Assembly (NCBI GenBank): GCA_016177615.1
Contig: JACOUX010000012.1
Location: 17,104 to 81,103 of the forward strand
Direction: 5' to 3'
From: Candidatus Woesearchaeota archaeon
GTDB taxonomy: Archaea; Nanobdellota; Nanobdellia; Woesearchaeales; GW2011-AR4
DNA length: 64,000 bases
Shown here: one piece after another, positions 17,465-25,363 of the stretch
Layout of the letters: each line of letters starts with the position of its first letter
How positions within the stretch are numbered: position 1 is the stretch's first letter
Position numbers and translations under genes: made by a program
The notes under the pieces: generated by a model
Told to the model about the DNA's origin: nothing
Database searches by the model: none
Seen by the model: the letters and a program-made list of their open reading frames with translations, nothing else

Positions 17465-17848
17465 TTACTTCACCGACAAGCTTGCGCTTGACCTTGTTGC
17501 GCCGATTCCTGGCGCGCTGTGCGCAACTTTCTTCCTCGTTAATGCAAACTCGCCAAGATAATGGCCGACCATTTCCGGCCCTATTGCCAAAAGGACAAAT
17601 TCCTTGCCCTGATGAACCTTTATCGAGGATCCTATCATCTCGGGCAGTATTATCATGTCCCTGCAATGAGTCTCTATATTTTTTTCATTGCCCCTTATTT
17701 TGCCGAGCAGTATTTTCTGCTGCTCAGTAAATCCTCTCTTCAGGCTTCTTCTTTGCCTTGCCGTGAGAAGCTGGGCAAGCTCATTCAGGCTCATGCTCTT
17801 CAGCTCTTCTGCTGTCTTTCCCTTGAATGTGAATTCCTTTTTTGCCAT
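17465..17848 (-). CDS. rps19: Ribosomal protein S19 (uS19)
   Basis: [39 protein letters not shown]. Confidence 0.94.
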   Translation of the reverse strand: MAKKEFTFKGKTAEELKSMSLNELAQLLTARQRRSLKRGFTEQQKILLGKIRGNEKNIETHCRDMIILPEMIGSSIKVHQGKEFVLLAIGPEMVGHYLGEFALTRKKVAHSAPGIGATRSSASLSVK

Positions 17849-17855
17849 TTTTTAT

Positions 17856-18575
17856 TTACCTTTTTCTCCTTCCGGACCTTTTTGGGGCTATGTTGCCGAC
17901 CTTTCTTCCTGGAGGCGAGTTTCTTGCAGACTGGGTTGGAATTCCCTTTGCGTGCGAGCTTCTGCCTCCAAACGGATGGCTCACCGAGTTCATTGAGGTG
18001 CCGCTTACATTCGGCCACACCTTGTTTCTTGCAGTCTTTGCATAAAACTTGTTGCCTGCTTTCAGGAATGGCTTATCAGTTCTGCCAGAGCCTGCAACGA
18101 CACCTATTGCGGCCCTGCACTCGGGCAAAAATGTGCGCCTTTTGCTTGATGGCAGCTCGACAAGTATTCCATTTTCCATTTTTGTAATGACCCTTGCAAA
18201 AGCGCCATTTGTCCTTGCAAACTTTCCCCCGTCTCCGGGACTTGATTCAATATTGTAAATTTGCGTGCCTTCCGGGATGCTCTTCAGCGGCAGAATATTT
18301 CCTGGCTTAAGCTCTGCATTATCGCTCATCTCTATCATATCGCCTGTTTTTATTCCTTCAGGCGCCTGGAGCAATCCAATTTCTCCATTACTGTACTTCA
18401 ATTCTATCAGTGGCGCAAAATGGCCGCTGCTGTGCACTATGTCCTTTACTTCTGCGCTCATAAGCTTGCCGCACTCCAATCTTGCAAAGCCTACTTCACC
18501 TTTATATCTGAAGCTTGGTGCCCTATATCTTGGGCCTCCTTTGCCCCTCTTCTGCTGAATTAAGCTTTTTCCCAT
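17856..18575 (-). CDS. rpl2: Ribosomal protein L2 (uL2)
   Basis: GTQIYNIESSPGDGGKFARTNGAFARV...MNSVSHPFGGRSSHAKG. Confidence 0.95.
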   Translation of the reverse strand: MGKSLIQQKRGKGGPRYRAPSFRYKGEVGFARLECGKLMSAEVKDIVHSSGHFAPLIELKYSNGEIGLLQAPEGIKTGDMIEMSDNAELKPGNILPLKSIPEGTQIYNIESSPGDGGKFARTNGAFARVITKMENGILVELPSSKRRTFLPECRAAIGVVAGSGRTDKPFLKAGNKFYAKTARNKVWPNVSGTSMNSVSHPFGGRSSHAKGIPTQSARNSPPGRKVGNIAPKRSGRRKR

Positions 18576-18599
18576 GAATAGTTCACCTTAAATACAAAA

Positions 18600-18872
18600 T
18601 CACATCAGACCAAGATTAGTAGCTATGTCAATAGCCGGATTCTTGGCTGAAAATTTGACATAAGCCCTTTTCTCGCCATCCTGGCTGACAAAAGTGTTTA
18701 CATCGTCAACTTCAACTTTAAACATGTCCTCTATCGCCTTCTTGATCTCCCTTTTGGTTGAGGCGCCGCTTACCACAAATACGAGCTTGTTCTCTGACTC
18801 CATAAGCCTTATCGATTTTTCCGTTGAAAGCGGGTGCTTGACGATTTTGTGTGGGTCCATATTAGCAACCAT
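18600..18872 (-). CDS. rpl23: Ribosomal protein L23 (uL23)
   Basis: KHPLSTEKSIRLMESENKLVFVVSGASTKREIKKAIEDMFKVEV. Confidence 0.93.
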   Translation of the reverse strand: MVANMDPHKIVKHPLSTEKSIRLMESENKLVFVVSGASTKREIKKAIEDMFKVEVDDVNTFVSQDGEKRAYVKFSAKNPAIDIATNLGLM

Positions 18873-18873
18873 A

Positions 18874-19680
18874 TCAGCAAAATAATTTTTTTTCTTTCAT
18901 GTCATTTAATGCGCTGCTGGTCCAAATTGTAATCCTTCCTGGCTTTCCGCCTGGAGCGAGCAGCTCTGCATTGAGGTTTTTGGCCTCGACAACGTCTATG
19001 CCCGGGATGTTTGAGGCTGAATATGCCATTTTCCCAAGCTCCGAGACCACTATCAAAGGCCCTTTTTTTTTCTTGTACTTCCTGCCTCTTGACTTGCCCT
19101 TTCCTGCGCGAACATTCTTGTGCGAAGCCCTATCAAGCTCGTGCTCAAACCCAAGCTTCACTAGGGCATCTATTACTTTTGCTGTCTTGTCCAAGGACTC
19201 GAATTTTTCATCCAATGCAAATGGATAATTTTCAGGCGGAATGTGTCCTCTTGCGGCAGCAGACTCCCTGGAAATGGTGGCTGCTATTGCGCTCCTTATT
19301 GATTTCATTCTTTCCTTGTCGTTTATTTTTTTAATCCATATCTTTTCTGATTTTGGAGGATGAGCTCTTCTGCCTCCCACAGTGCCAGGGGCAAAAGCCC
19401 CTACCCAGTTCATCCTTGTGCCTCTTCTTGTCATTATCTTTCTTGGCACCCTTGATATCCCTATTCCGTATGAGCCCCTGTATTTTCTTCTTCTCCTTGA
19501 AAGCTTTGCTGCAGGCCTTTTCCCTGCAAGCCTGCTTGCGGCATAAGGCTGCCTCTTGTTGCTTTGGACAGCCAGCACAGCCCTTTGTATGAGGTCTGGC
19601 CTGAATTCCTCGCTAAACTGGCTAGGCAATTCAACATCTCTGATTTTCTGCCCCGATAAGTCTAAAATACTTATTTTCAT
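18874..19680 (-). CDS. rpl4: Ribosomal protein L4 (uL4)
   Basis: RRGTRMNWVGAFAPGTVGGRRAHPPK. Position between L3 and L23. Confidence 0.94.
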   Translation of the reverse strand: MKISILDLSGQKIRDVELPSQFSEEFRPDLIQRAVLAVQSNKRQPYAASRLAGKRPAAKLSRRRRKYRGSYGIGISRVPRKIMTRRGTRMNWVGAFAPGTVGGRRAHPPKSEKIWIKKINDKERMKSIRSAIAATISRESAAARGHIPPENYPFALDEKFESLDKTAKVIDALVKLGFEHELDRASHKNVRAGKGKSRGRKYKKKKGPLIVVSELGKMAYSASNIPGIDVVEAKNLNAELLAPGGKPGRITIWTSSALNDMKEKKLFC

Positions 19681-20649
19681 TTACCTTCCCTGCTTTGACT
19701 CTAAGCTTGTATATGAAATTTGAGGAACCTGCATCTCGCTCTTCGGCCTGATAGGCTCTGTAATTCTGACAAGCATCTTTTTTGGGCCTGCAACTGATCC
19801 CTTGATGAGCACAAAAGTGTTTTTTACAGCTCCATAATTCAAATAGCCACCTTTTACATTTATGTCATTTGGGTTGCTGCCTATCTTTACAACCCACTTG
19901 TTGTACTCTGTCCTCAAATGGTTTCCCATCTTCCCCGCATGCGCTGTTCTCCACATGATATGTCCCTGGGCATTCCATGCCCCCAATGAGCCCGGGTTTC
20001 TCCTGCTTTTTTCTGATTTGTGGTGCCTCAATGTAACTCCAAATCTTCTTACAGGGCCCTGGAAGCCCTTGCCTTTTGTCACTGAATGAATGTCAACCTG
20101 GCTGCCTTCCCTGATAGATTCATTGACATTGATTTCTTTCCCCAGTTTTTCCTTTGCGTATAAAAGCTGCTGCTCCTTGCTGCCGCCTATTGCAAGCTCG
20201 AACATTTCAGGTTTTTTCTTGCCTATACCTGTCAGGCTTGGCTGCGTCGAGCACAAAATCCTTAAAAAATCAAAATCTTCAGGATGTGCACCTTTTTTCT
20301 TAGGAATTGTTATTTTCCTTTCAAGACTTTTATCGAGAGAATCAGAAAACAATTGAGAAACAAGCCTTGAGCCGAATTGGGTTTTTTTATAAAACATGAG
20401 GGAAATGGCCTTGACGGGAGGGCACTCCAGCACGGTAGTCGGGCAGAAAATGTCTGTGCCTTTTGTCATTGACGTTGCTTTGTTGTCGCTGATAAGCAGG
20501 TGGGTCATGCCGACCTTGTATCCTGCAAATCCCAATGGCTTTGCATCTTTGCTTGATGCCCATGTTCTTACCCTTGCATAGCTGTATCTGGACCTGGCTC
20601 TTGGCCAAAACTGCATGCTTCCTGCCCTTGGTGCTCTTGTTCTCGGCAT
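19681..20649 (-). CDS. rpl3: Ribosomal protein L3 (uL3); first gene of the supercluster
   Basis: PRAGSMQFWPRARS...GYKVGMTHL...TKGKGFQGPVRRFGV. Confidence 0.95.
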   Translation of the reverse strand: MPRTRAPRAGSMQFWPRARSRYSYARVRTWASSKDAKPLGFAGYKVGMTHLLISDNKATSMTKGTDIFCPTTVLECPPVKAISLMFYKKTQFGSRLVSQLFSDSLDKSLERKITIPKKKGAHPEDFDFLRILCSTQPSLTGIGKKKPEMFELAIGGSKEQQLLYAKEKLGKEINVNESIREGSQVDIHSVTKGKGFQGPVRRFGVTLRHHKSEKSRRNPGSLGAWNAQGHIMWRTAHAGKMGNHLRTEYNKWVVKIGSNPNDINVKGGYLNYGAVKNTFVLIKGSVAGPKKMLVRITEPIRPKSEMQVPQISYTSLESKQGR

Positions 20650-20823
20650 TTTTGATACTGACTGGTTTGGCTAGCTCTTTGCTGCAAAAAAAGCCTTTTA
20701 TTGAATGCCCTTTATAGAAAACAGTTTAATCAACTGTACTGAAAAGGCAGTCTTTTCAGGCTTGTCTTTTATTTGCTAAGATGCTTAAAACCTGTGCAAA
20801 TTTGCATTCCAAGAAACACTAGG

Positions 20824-20838
20824 CAATTTATAAAGGTT
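20824..20838. promoter_or_regulatory. TATA-containing 15-mer upstream of the r-protein supercluster
   Basis: caatttataaaggtt is identical to 5282-5296. Lies 175 nt from the rpl3 ATG. Confidence 0.35.
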
Positions 20839-20991
20839 GCGGTGAAGTCAGGCGAAGGTGGGTATACAGATTAAGTGATAAAAAGTGCAATAGTAAATCA
20901 AAAGAAAAAAATATTTATTTTGAATAGTTGAGTGGTGAAATTTATCCCAAAAGAATATATTTTTAAATATCTCCAGTTTCAAAATTCAAAA

Positions 20992-22359
20992 ATGAAAAAG
21001 AAGGCGATAATCTTCGGTGCAGGAGTCTCGGGATTGAGCATAGGCTATAACCTGCTGAAAAACAATGTCGATGTCGAGATATATGAGGAAACCGGAACAC
21101 TTGGAGGGATTGCAAGGTCAGAGAGCAGGAACGGCTACTTATTTGACTCAGGCCCGCATGGGTTTCATTCAAGAGATCCGAAAATAGTGGACTTCTTCAA
21201 GGAGATAATGGGCGATAATTACACGGGATTTGAGAAATATACAGAAATAAAATACAAGGGCCAGTATGTCACGTTTCCTTTGAAGCCGATGAACATACTC
21301 CTCACATTAAGCATAGGAGAATCCTTCAGGTGCATATCTTCTTTGATTTACAGCAAGATCAAGTCCAGAATAATAAAAAGCGAGGACAAAAATGCAGAAG
21401 AATGGCTCATAAGCAGGTATGGCGAGCCGCTTTACAGGGTTTTTTTTCTTGGGTATACTGCAAAAATATGGGGAATAAAACCAAAGGAGCTATCCGCAAA
21501 ATTCGCGCAGCACAGAATCCCTGTAATAAGCTTCACAGACTTGATTCTCAGGGGAACTCTTGGATTCAAGAAATGGTTTGGCAGGCAGCACAAATATGCT
21601 GAAACCGCAGTCACTCTTTACTATCCCAAGCATGGCGGCATAGGAGCGTTTTCAGAGGAGATGGCAAGGAAAATAAAAAAGATGGGCGGAAAAATAAACC
21701 TTAATTCAAGAGTCGCTTCAGTCAATGTTAAAGATGGCAAGGTTGGGTCAGTTGATGTGCTCAGCAGCGGAAAAACATCCAATGTGAAGGGGGATTTTTA
21801 CATTTCAACAATCCCGATAATTGTCTTGCCAAGGATAGTAAGGCCAATCCTGGGAAAAGATGTCTTGGAGGCTGCCTCAAAAATAAAGTTCAGGTCGCTT
21901 CTTGTCTTCTGCCTCCTTATAAAAAAAGACCAGGTTTTCAAGCCCCTGCACTATTATTATTATGACAAGTATTTCGGAAGGCTTACTGAGCTCAAGAACT
22001 GGAGCAGGGAGCTTTACCCAAAAGGCATCACGGGCCTGATTACGGAAAAGACATGCGATTTCAATGATGAATTATGGAATGCGGATGAAAACGAATTGTT
22101 CAGGAAAGTCATTGATGACATCAAGAGCGAGGGATTTATAGAGGACAAAGACATTCTGGACAAGTTCGTCATAAGGAAAAAATTTGCTTATCCCGTCTAT
22201 CTGATAGGGTTTGAGGAAAATGTGGAAAAGATTGAGAATGCGCTCGGCAAATTCAAGAACCTTTTCATGTCAGGAAGGCAGGCAAGATTCAGGTACATGG
22301 ACATGGACAACTGCGTCGAAGAAGGCTTAGAAGTTGTCAATGAGATAGTTAGAAGATAA
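20992..22359 (+). CDS. FAD/NAD(P)-binding oxidoreductase (amine-oxidase / HemY / UDP-galactopyranose-mutase-like fold)
   Basis: Rossmann dinucleotide motif KKKAIIFGAGVSGLSIGYNLL...EIYEETGTLGGIARS. I prefer the ATG at 20992, which has an A/T box ~29 nt upstream. The track start is a GTG at 20932. Confidence 0.65.
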   Translation: MKKKAIIFGAGVSGLSIGYNLLKNNVDVEIYEETGTLGGIARSESRNGYLFDSGPHGFHSRDPKIVDFFKEIMGDNYTGFEKYTEIKYKGQYVTFPLKPMNILLTLSIGESFRCISSLIYSKIKSRIIKSEDKNAEEWLISRYGEPLYRVFFLGYTAKIWGIKPKELSAKFAQHRIPVISFTDLILRGTLGFKKWFGRQHKYAETAVTLYYPKHGGIGAFSEEMARKIKKMGGKINLNSRVASVNVKDGKVGSVDVLSSGKTSNVKGDFYISTIPIIVLPRIVRPILGKDVLEAASKIKFRSLLVFCLLIKKDQVFKPLHYYYYDKYFGRLTELKNWSRELYPKGITGLITEKTCDFNDELWNADENELFRKVIDDIKSEGFIEDKDILDKFVIRKKFAYPVYLIGFEENVEKIENALGKFKNLFMSGRQARFRYMDMDNCVEEGLEVVNEIVRR

Positions 22360-22362
22360 TAT

Positions 22363-24543
22363 TTATTTCTTCTTGTAGTAGTTAATTATCTTTTTTACTG
22401 CGCCAATCGTGCTTGTCAGGTCCTGCACAGTCATTTTTGGGTATAATGGCAATGAAACAATTCTTTCCGACAAATAAGCCGCATTGGGAAAATCCTCTTT
22501 CCTGCATCCCAGTGATTTTTTATAATATTCGTGCATGTGCAATGATGTGAAATGAATGCCTGTCCCTATGTTCTCCTCCCTCATAAGCTCCATGAACTCG
22601 TCTCTTGAGATTTTCAGCCTGTCTGTGTCCAGCATCACGACAAAAAGGTGCCATGCATGCTTTATATTGCTGATTTGGGAAGGCAGGATTATCTCGTCCA
22701 TTTTTGAGAAAGCGTCTTTGTAAAATCTTACATACCTTTCCCTCTTGTATATGAACTCATCAAGCCTCTTGAGCTGGTGCATCCCGATTGATGCCTGTAT
22801 GTCAGTCATGTTGTATTTGTATCCCGCTGCGACTGTCTGCCAGTGCATTGATCCCTTTTCCGAATATCTCTGCCATGCGTCCTTGCTCATCCCGTGCAGT
22901 GAATACATCCTGGCAGCTGAAGCCAGCTCGTCATCGTCTGTTGCCAGCAACCCTCCTTCTCCAGTAGTCATGTTCTTTATGGGATAAAAGCTGAAGCAAG
23001 TGGCCTTGTTTAAAGTTCCAATCTTTTTGCCATTATATTCTGCCCCAATGGAATGCGCAGCATCCTCGACAACAGGAATGCCGTGCTTGTCTGCAATCTT
23101 TCGTATCTGGCCATACTCGCACGGCTGGCCTGCCATGTCCACGCTGATTATTGCCTTTGTTTTGCTTGTTATTTTTTCCTCTATTTTCGCTGGATCAATA
23201 TTAAGGGTGCTTTTATCAACGTCAACAAAAACAGGCGTTGCCCCCTGGTGGATTATGACGTTCGCGGTGGCTGGAAATGTTACAGGAGAGGTTATGACCT
23301 CATCTCCCTGTTTTACCCCAAGGGCAACCAAAGACAAGTGCAGCGCTGCTGTGCAGGAGCTTAATGCTATTGCATGCCTGCAACCGATATATTCTTTCAT
23401 CATGTCTTCAAACTTTTTTGTCTTTGGCCCTGTTGTCAGCCATCCTGACCTTAATGTGTCAACGACCTCTCTTATCTCGTCATCGCTTATCAATGGCAAT
23501 GCAAATGGAAGGAACGAGTGCCTTGTTTTCAAGCCTCCTTTTGCCGAAGGTATGCTTCTGAGCTCCATCAATTTTTTCAGGTTCACGTATCTTGTGCTTT
23601 CCAAATCATTCAAAGAGCCGTTTCTTATCGCTGCTGCAATCTCAGCCACTCCATCCTCGACCGTTTTTTTTGCCCTGAATCCAAGCACATTTATAATCTT
23701 GTCAAAGCAAACACGATACGATCTTGAATCCTTGTCAGAAGGAGCATATTCCACTTCAACTGAGGGAATTGTTTTTTTGACTATTGCTGCCACGTCCTTG
23801 ACTTGAAAATTTAGCTCATTGGCTCCGACGTTGAATATCTCCCCCTCAACCAATCCAAGAGGGGATTCAAGGCAGAGGATAAATGCGTCTGCAACATCCT
23901 CTACATGGATAAGAGGGCGCCAGTTAAGGCCCCCTCCAACAATGAAAATCTTGTTTTTGGCTATCGCGTATTTTGTCATTAGGTTAACGACAAGATCAAA
24001 CCGCATCCTTGGAGAAAGCCCGAATACAGTCCCGTTTCTCAATATTGTCGGGCTGAAATCCTTGTCAGTCATCTCAAGAAGCTTGTTCTCAAAATCTATC
24101 TTGCTTTTTGCATAAAGCGACACAGGCGCCTTCTCGGACTGCTCGTCAAGAATTAAGTCATCCCTTGCGCCGTACACGCTGCACGAAGAGGAAAAAATAA
24201 ATCTTCTGATCCTGCTTTTTTTGCAGGTTTCCGCCAATTTTAATGAGGATTCATAATTAATGTCCATAGTGTCCTGCGGGTCAATCTCGCAGGAAGGGTC
24301 GTTTGACAAGGATGCAAGGTGCATAACAGAGTCAACTCCATCCAAAAGACCTTGAAATTTCTCCAGGTTTCTCAAGTCTCCTCTCACAAGCTCAAATTTT
24401 GGATTCTGCAGCATATCCTTGACAGGCTCTTCCCCAAAAAACAAAGAATCAAAAATCCTTACTTCATATCCCTTGTCAAGCAGCTTTTTCGCTAACACGC
24501 ATCCGATGTATCCCGCGCCTCCTGTAACAAGAACTTTCCCCAT
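22363..24543 (-). CDS. Bifunctional fusion: N-terminal NAD-dependent sugar epimerase/dehydratase (extended SDR) plus C-terminal DegT/DnrJ/EryC1-type PLP aminotransferase
   Basis: N-terminal part: VLVTGGAGYIGCVLAKKLL, SSSCSVYG and YAKSK. C-terminal part (from ~aa 345): FALPLISDDEIREVVDTLRSGWLTTGPKTKKFE...SFYPIKNMTTGEGG, containing the PLP lysine. Confidence 0.8.
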   Translation of the reverse strand: MGKVLVTGGAGYIGCVLAKKLLDKGYEVRIFDSLFFGEEPVKDMLQNPKFELVRGDLRNLEKFQGLLDGVDSVMHLASLSNDPSCEIDPQDTMDINYESSLKLAETCKKSRIRRFIFSSSCSVYGARDDLILDEQSEKAPVSLYAKSKIDFENKLLEMTDKDFSPTILRNGTVFGLSPRMRFDLVVNLMTKYAIAKNKIFIVGGGLNWRPLIHVEDVADAFILCLESPLGLVEGEIFNVGANELNFQVKDVAAIVKKTIPSVEVEYAPSDKDSRSYRVCFDKIINVLGFRAKKTVEDGVAEIAAAIRNGSLNDLESTRYVNLKKLMELRSIPSAKGGLKTRHSFLPFALPLISDDEIREVVDTLRSGWLTTGPKTKKFEDMMKEYIGCRHAIALSSCTAALHLSLVALGVKQGDEVITSPVTFPATANVIIHQGATPVFVDVDKSTLNIDPAKIEEKITSKTKAIISVDMAGQPCEYGQIRKIADKHGIPVVEDAAHSIGAEYNGKKIGTLNKATCFSFYPIKNMTTGEGGLLATDDDELASAARMYSLHGMSKDAWQRYSEKGSMHWQTVAAGYKYNMTDIQASIGMHQLKRLDEFIYKRERYVRFYKDAFSKMDEIILPSQISNIKHAWHLFVVMLDTDRLKISRDEFMELMREENIGTGIHFTSLHMHEYYKKSLGCRKEDFPNAAYLSERIVSLPLYPKMTVQDLTSTIGAVKKIINYYKKK

Positions 24544-24602
24544 AGTCGATCAGCTGTTTTATCATCGCAGGAAATTAAGCCCGTTATTAAATATTGCTGT
24601 TA

Positions 24603-25274
24603 TTAACCGTGTTCTGATTTCTGGAAATACAGCCTTGTTCCATTTTTGCATACCACAAATGCATTTGGATATGGGTCTTGGAGCGCCCTTATCTTGTTAT
24701 GCAGCTGCAGGGCAGTAAAATTTTCAAAATCAGAAATCTTTATTTCGCTTTGGTCAGGCGTCCTCTGCTTGCAGTAAGTTGCCTTGCTCTCATCCTGAGG
24801 AGTTCCGATCGGCCTGCCGTTTTCAAGATAGGAATCTGTGACTGCGCTGAATCCAATTTTCGCCTTTTCAATGATGCGGCTGAACACCTCATGCAGGTCC
24901 CCCTCAAGCGAGAATTCCTCCTGCCATAATATCGGGCCCTTGTCGATATGCTCGTTCATTATGAATAGTGTGACAGCGCTTTTTGTCTCGCCGTTTATTA
25001 TCTGGTTTGGAATCGCGCTTCCGCCCCTGTATTTCGGCAGGGGAGTTGGATGAAGATTGATGCAAGTTACTTTGTTGACAATCTCCTTTTCAACGATCCA
25101 TATCCACCATATAAAGAATATCATGTCAGGAGCTGATTTTTTTATGCCTTCCCTTAATTCGCCTCTTGTCTTGATGAGGTGGAAGTCTGCCTTATCCTTG
25201 TACTTCTCCTTAAGGTAATCGTAAATCTGGAAAGTCCATTCCTTGTAGCTGCAGAAAAAAAATGTCTTTTTCAT
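24603..25274 (-). CDS. Formyltransferase (Fmt/PurN/ArnA-N-like), probable sugar N-formyltransferase
   Basis: INLHPTPLPKYRGGSAIPNQI and IMNEHIDKGPIL match the N-x-H ... D formyltransferase core. ATG at 25274 (MKKTFFF) has an A/T box ~29 nt upstream. Confidence 0.75.
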   Translation of the reverse strand: MKKTFFFCSYKEWTFQIYDYLKEKYKDKADFHLIKTRGELREGIKKSAPDMIFFIWWIWIVEKEIVNKVTCINLHPTPLPKYRGGSAIPNQIINGETKSAVTLFIMNEHIDKGPILWQEEFSLEGDLHEVFSRIIEKAKIGFSAVTDSYLENGRPIGTPQDESKATYCKQRTPDQSEIKISDFENFTALQLHNKIRALQDPYPNAFVVCKNGTRLYFQKSEHG

Positions 25275-25298
25275 CTTTGCAGATTGCTGCAGCAAACC

Positions 25299-25308
25299 AT
25301 ATTTAAAA
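25299..25308 (-). promoter_or_regulatory. TATA-like box for the formyltransferase / SDR-aminotransferase operon
   Basis: ATATTTAAAA centred ~29 nt upstream of the ATG at 25274. Confidence 0.45.
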
Positions 25309-25333
25309 CTTTCTTGATATTGGTATCAAAAAG

Positions 25334-25341
25334 TATTTTAA
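25334..25341 (+). promoter_or_regulatory. TATA-like box for the GT-C-like gene
   Basis: TATTTTAA centred ~27 nt upstream of the ATG at 25364. Confidence 0.45.
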
Positions 25342-25363
25342 CACGTGTAATAAGCAAAGCAAA

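Noticed and set aside
9786-20608. Numerous 60-210-aa ORFs antisense to or out of frame with the ribosomal protein genes, for example 10107-10640, 15746-16363, 17561-18187 and 19862-20356.
   Set aside because: Every one overlaps a confidently identified r-protein gene, and their sequences have no recognisable features.
20932-20991. GTG start at 20932 for the FAD oxidoreductase, as given in the track.
   Set aside because: The Rossmann motif begins right after the ATG at 20992, and an A/T box sits ~29 nt upstream of that ATG, matching the leaderless pattern elsewhere.
23000-23806. 268-aa plus-strand ORF inside the SDR-aminotransferase fusion gene, and the similar 51855-52556 ORF inside the transaldolase gene.
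   Set aside because: They are antisense to genes with clear catalytic motifs. The composition is Ser/Leu/Phe-rich and typical of shadow ORFs.
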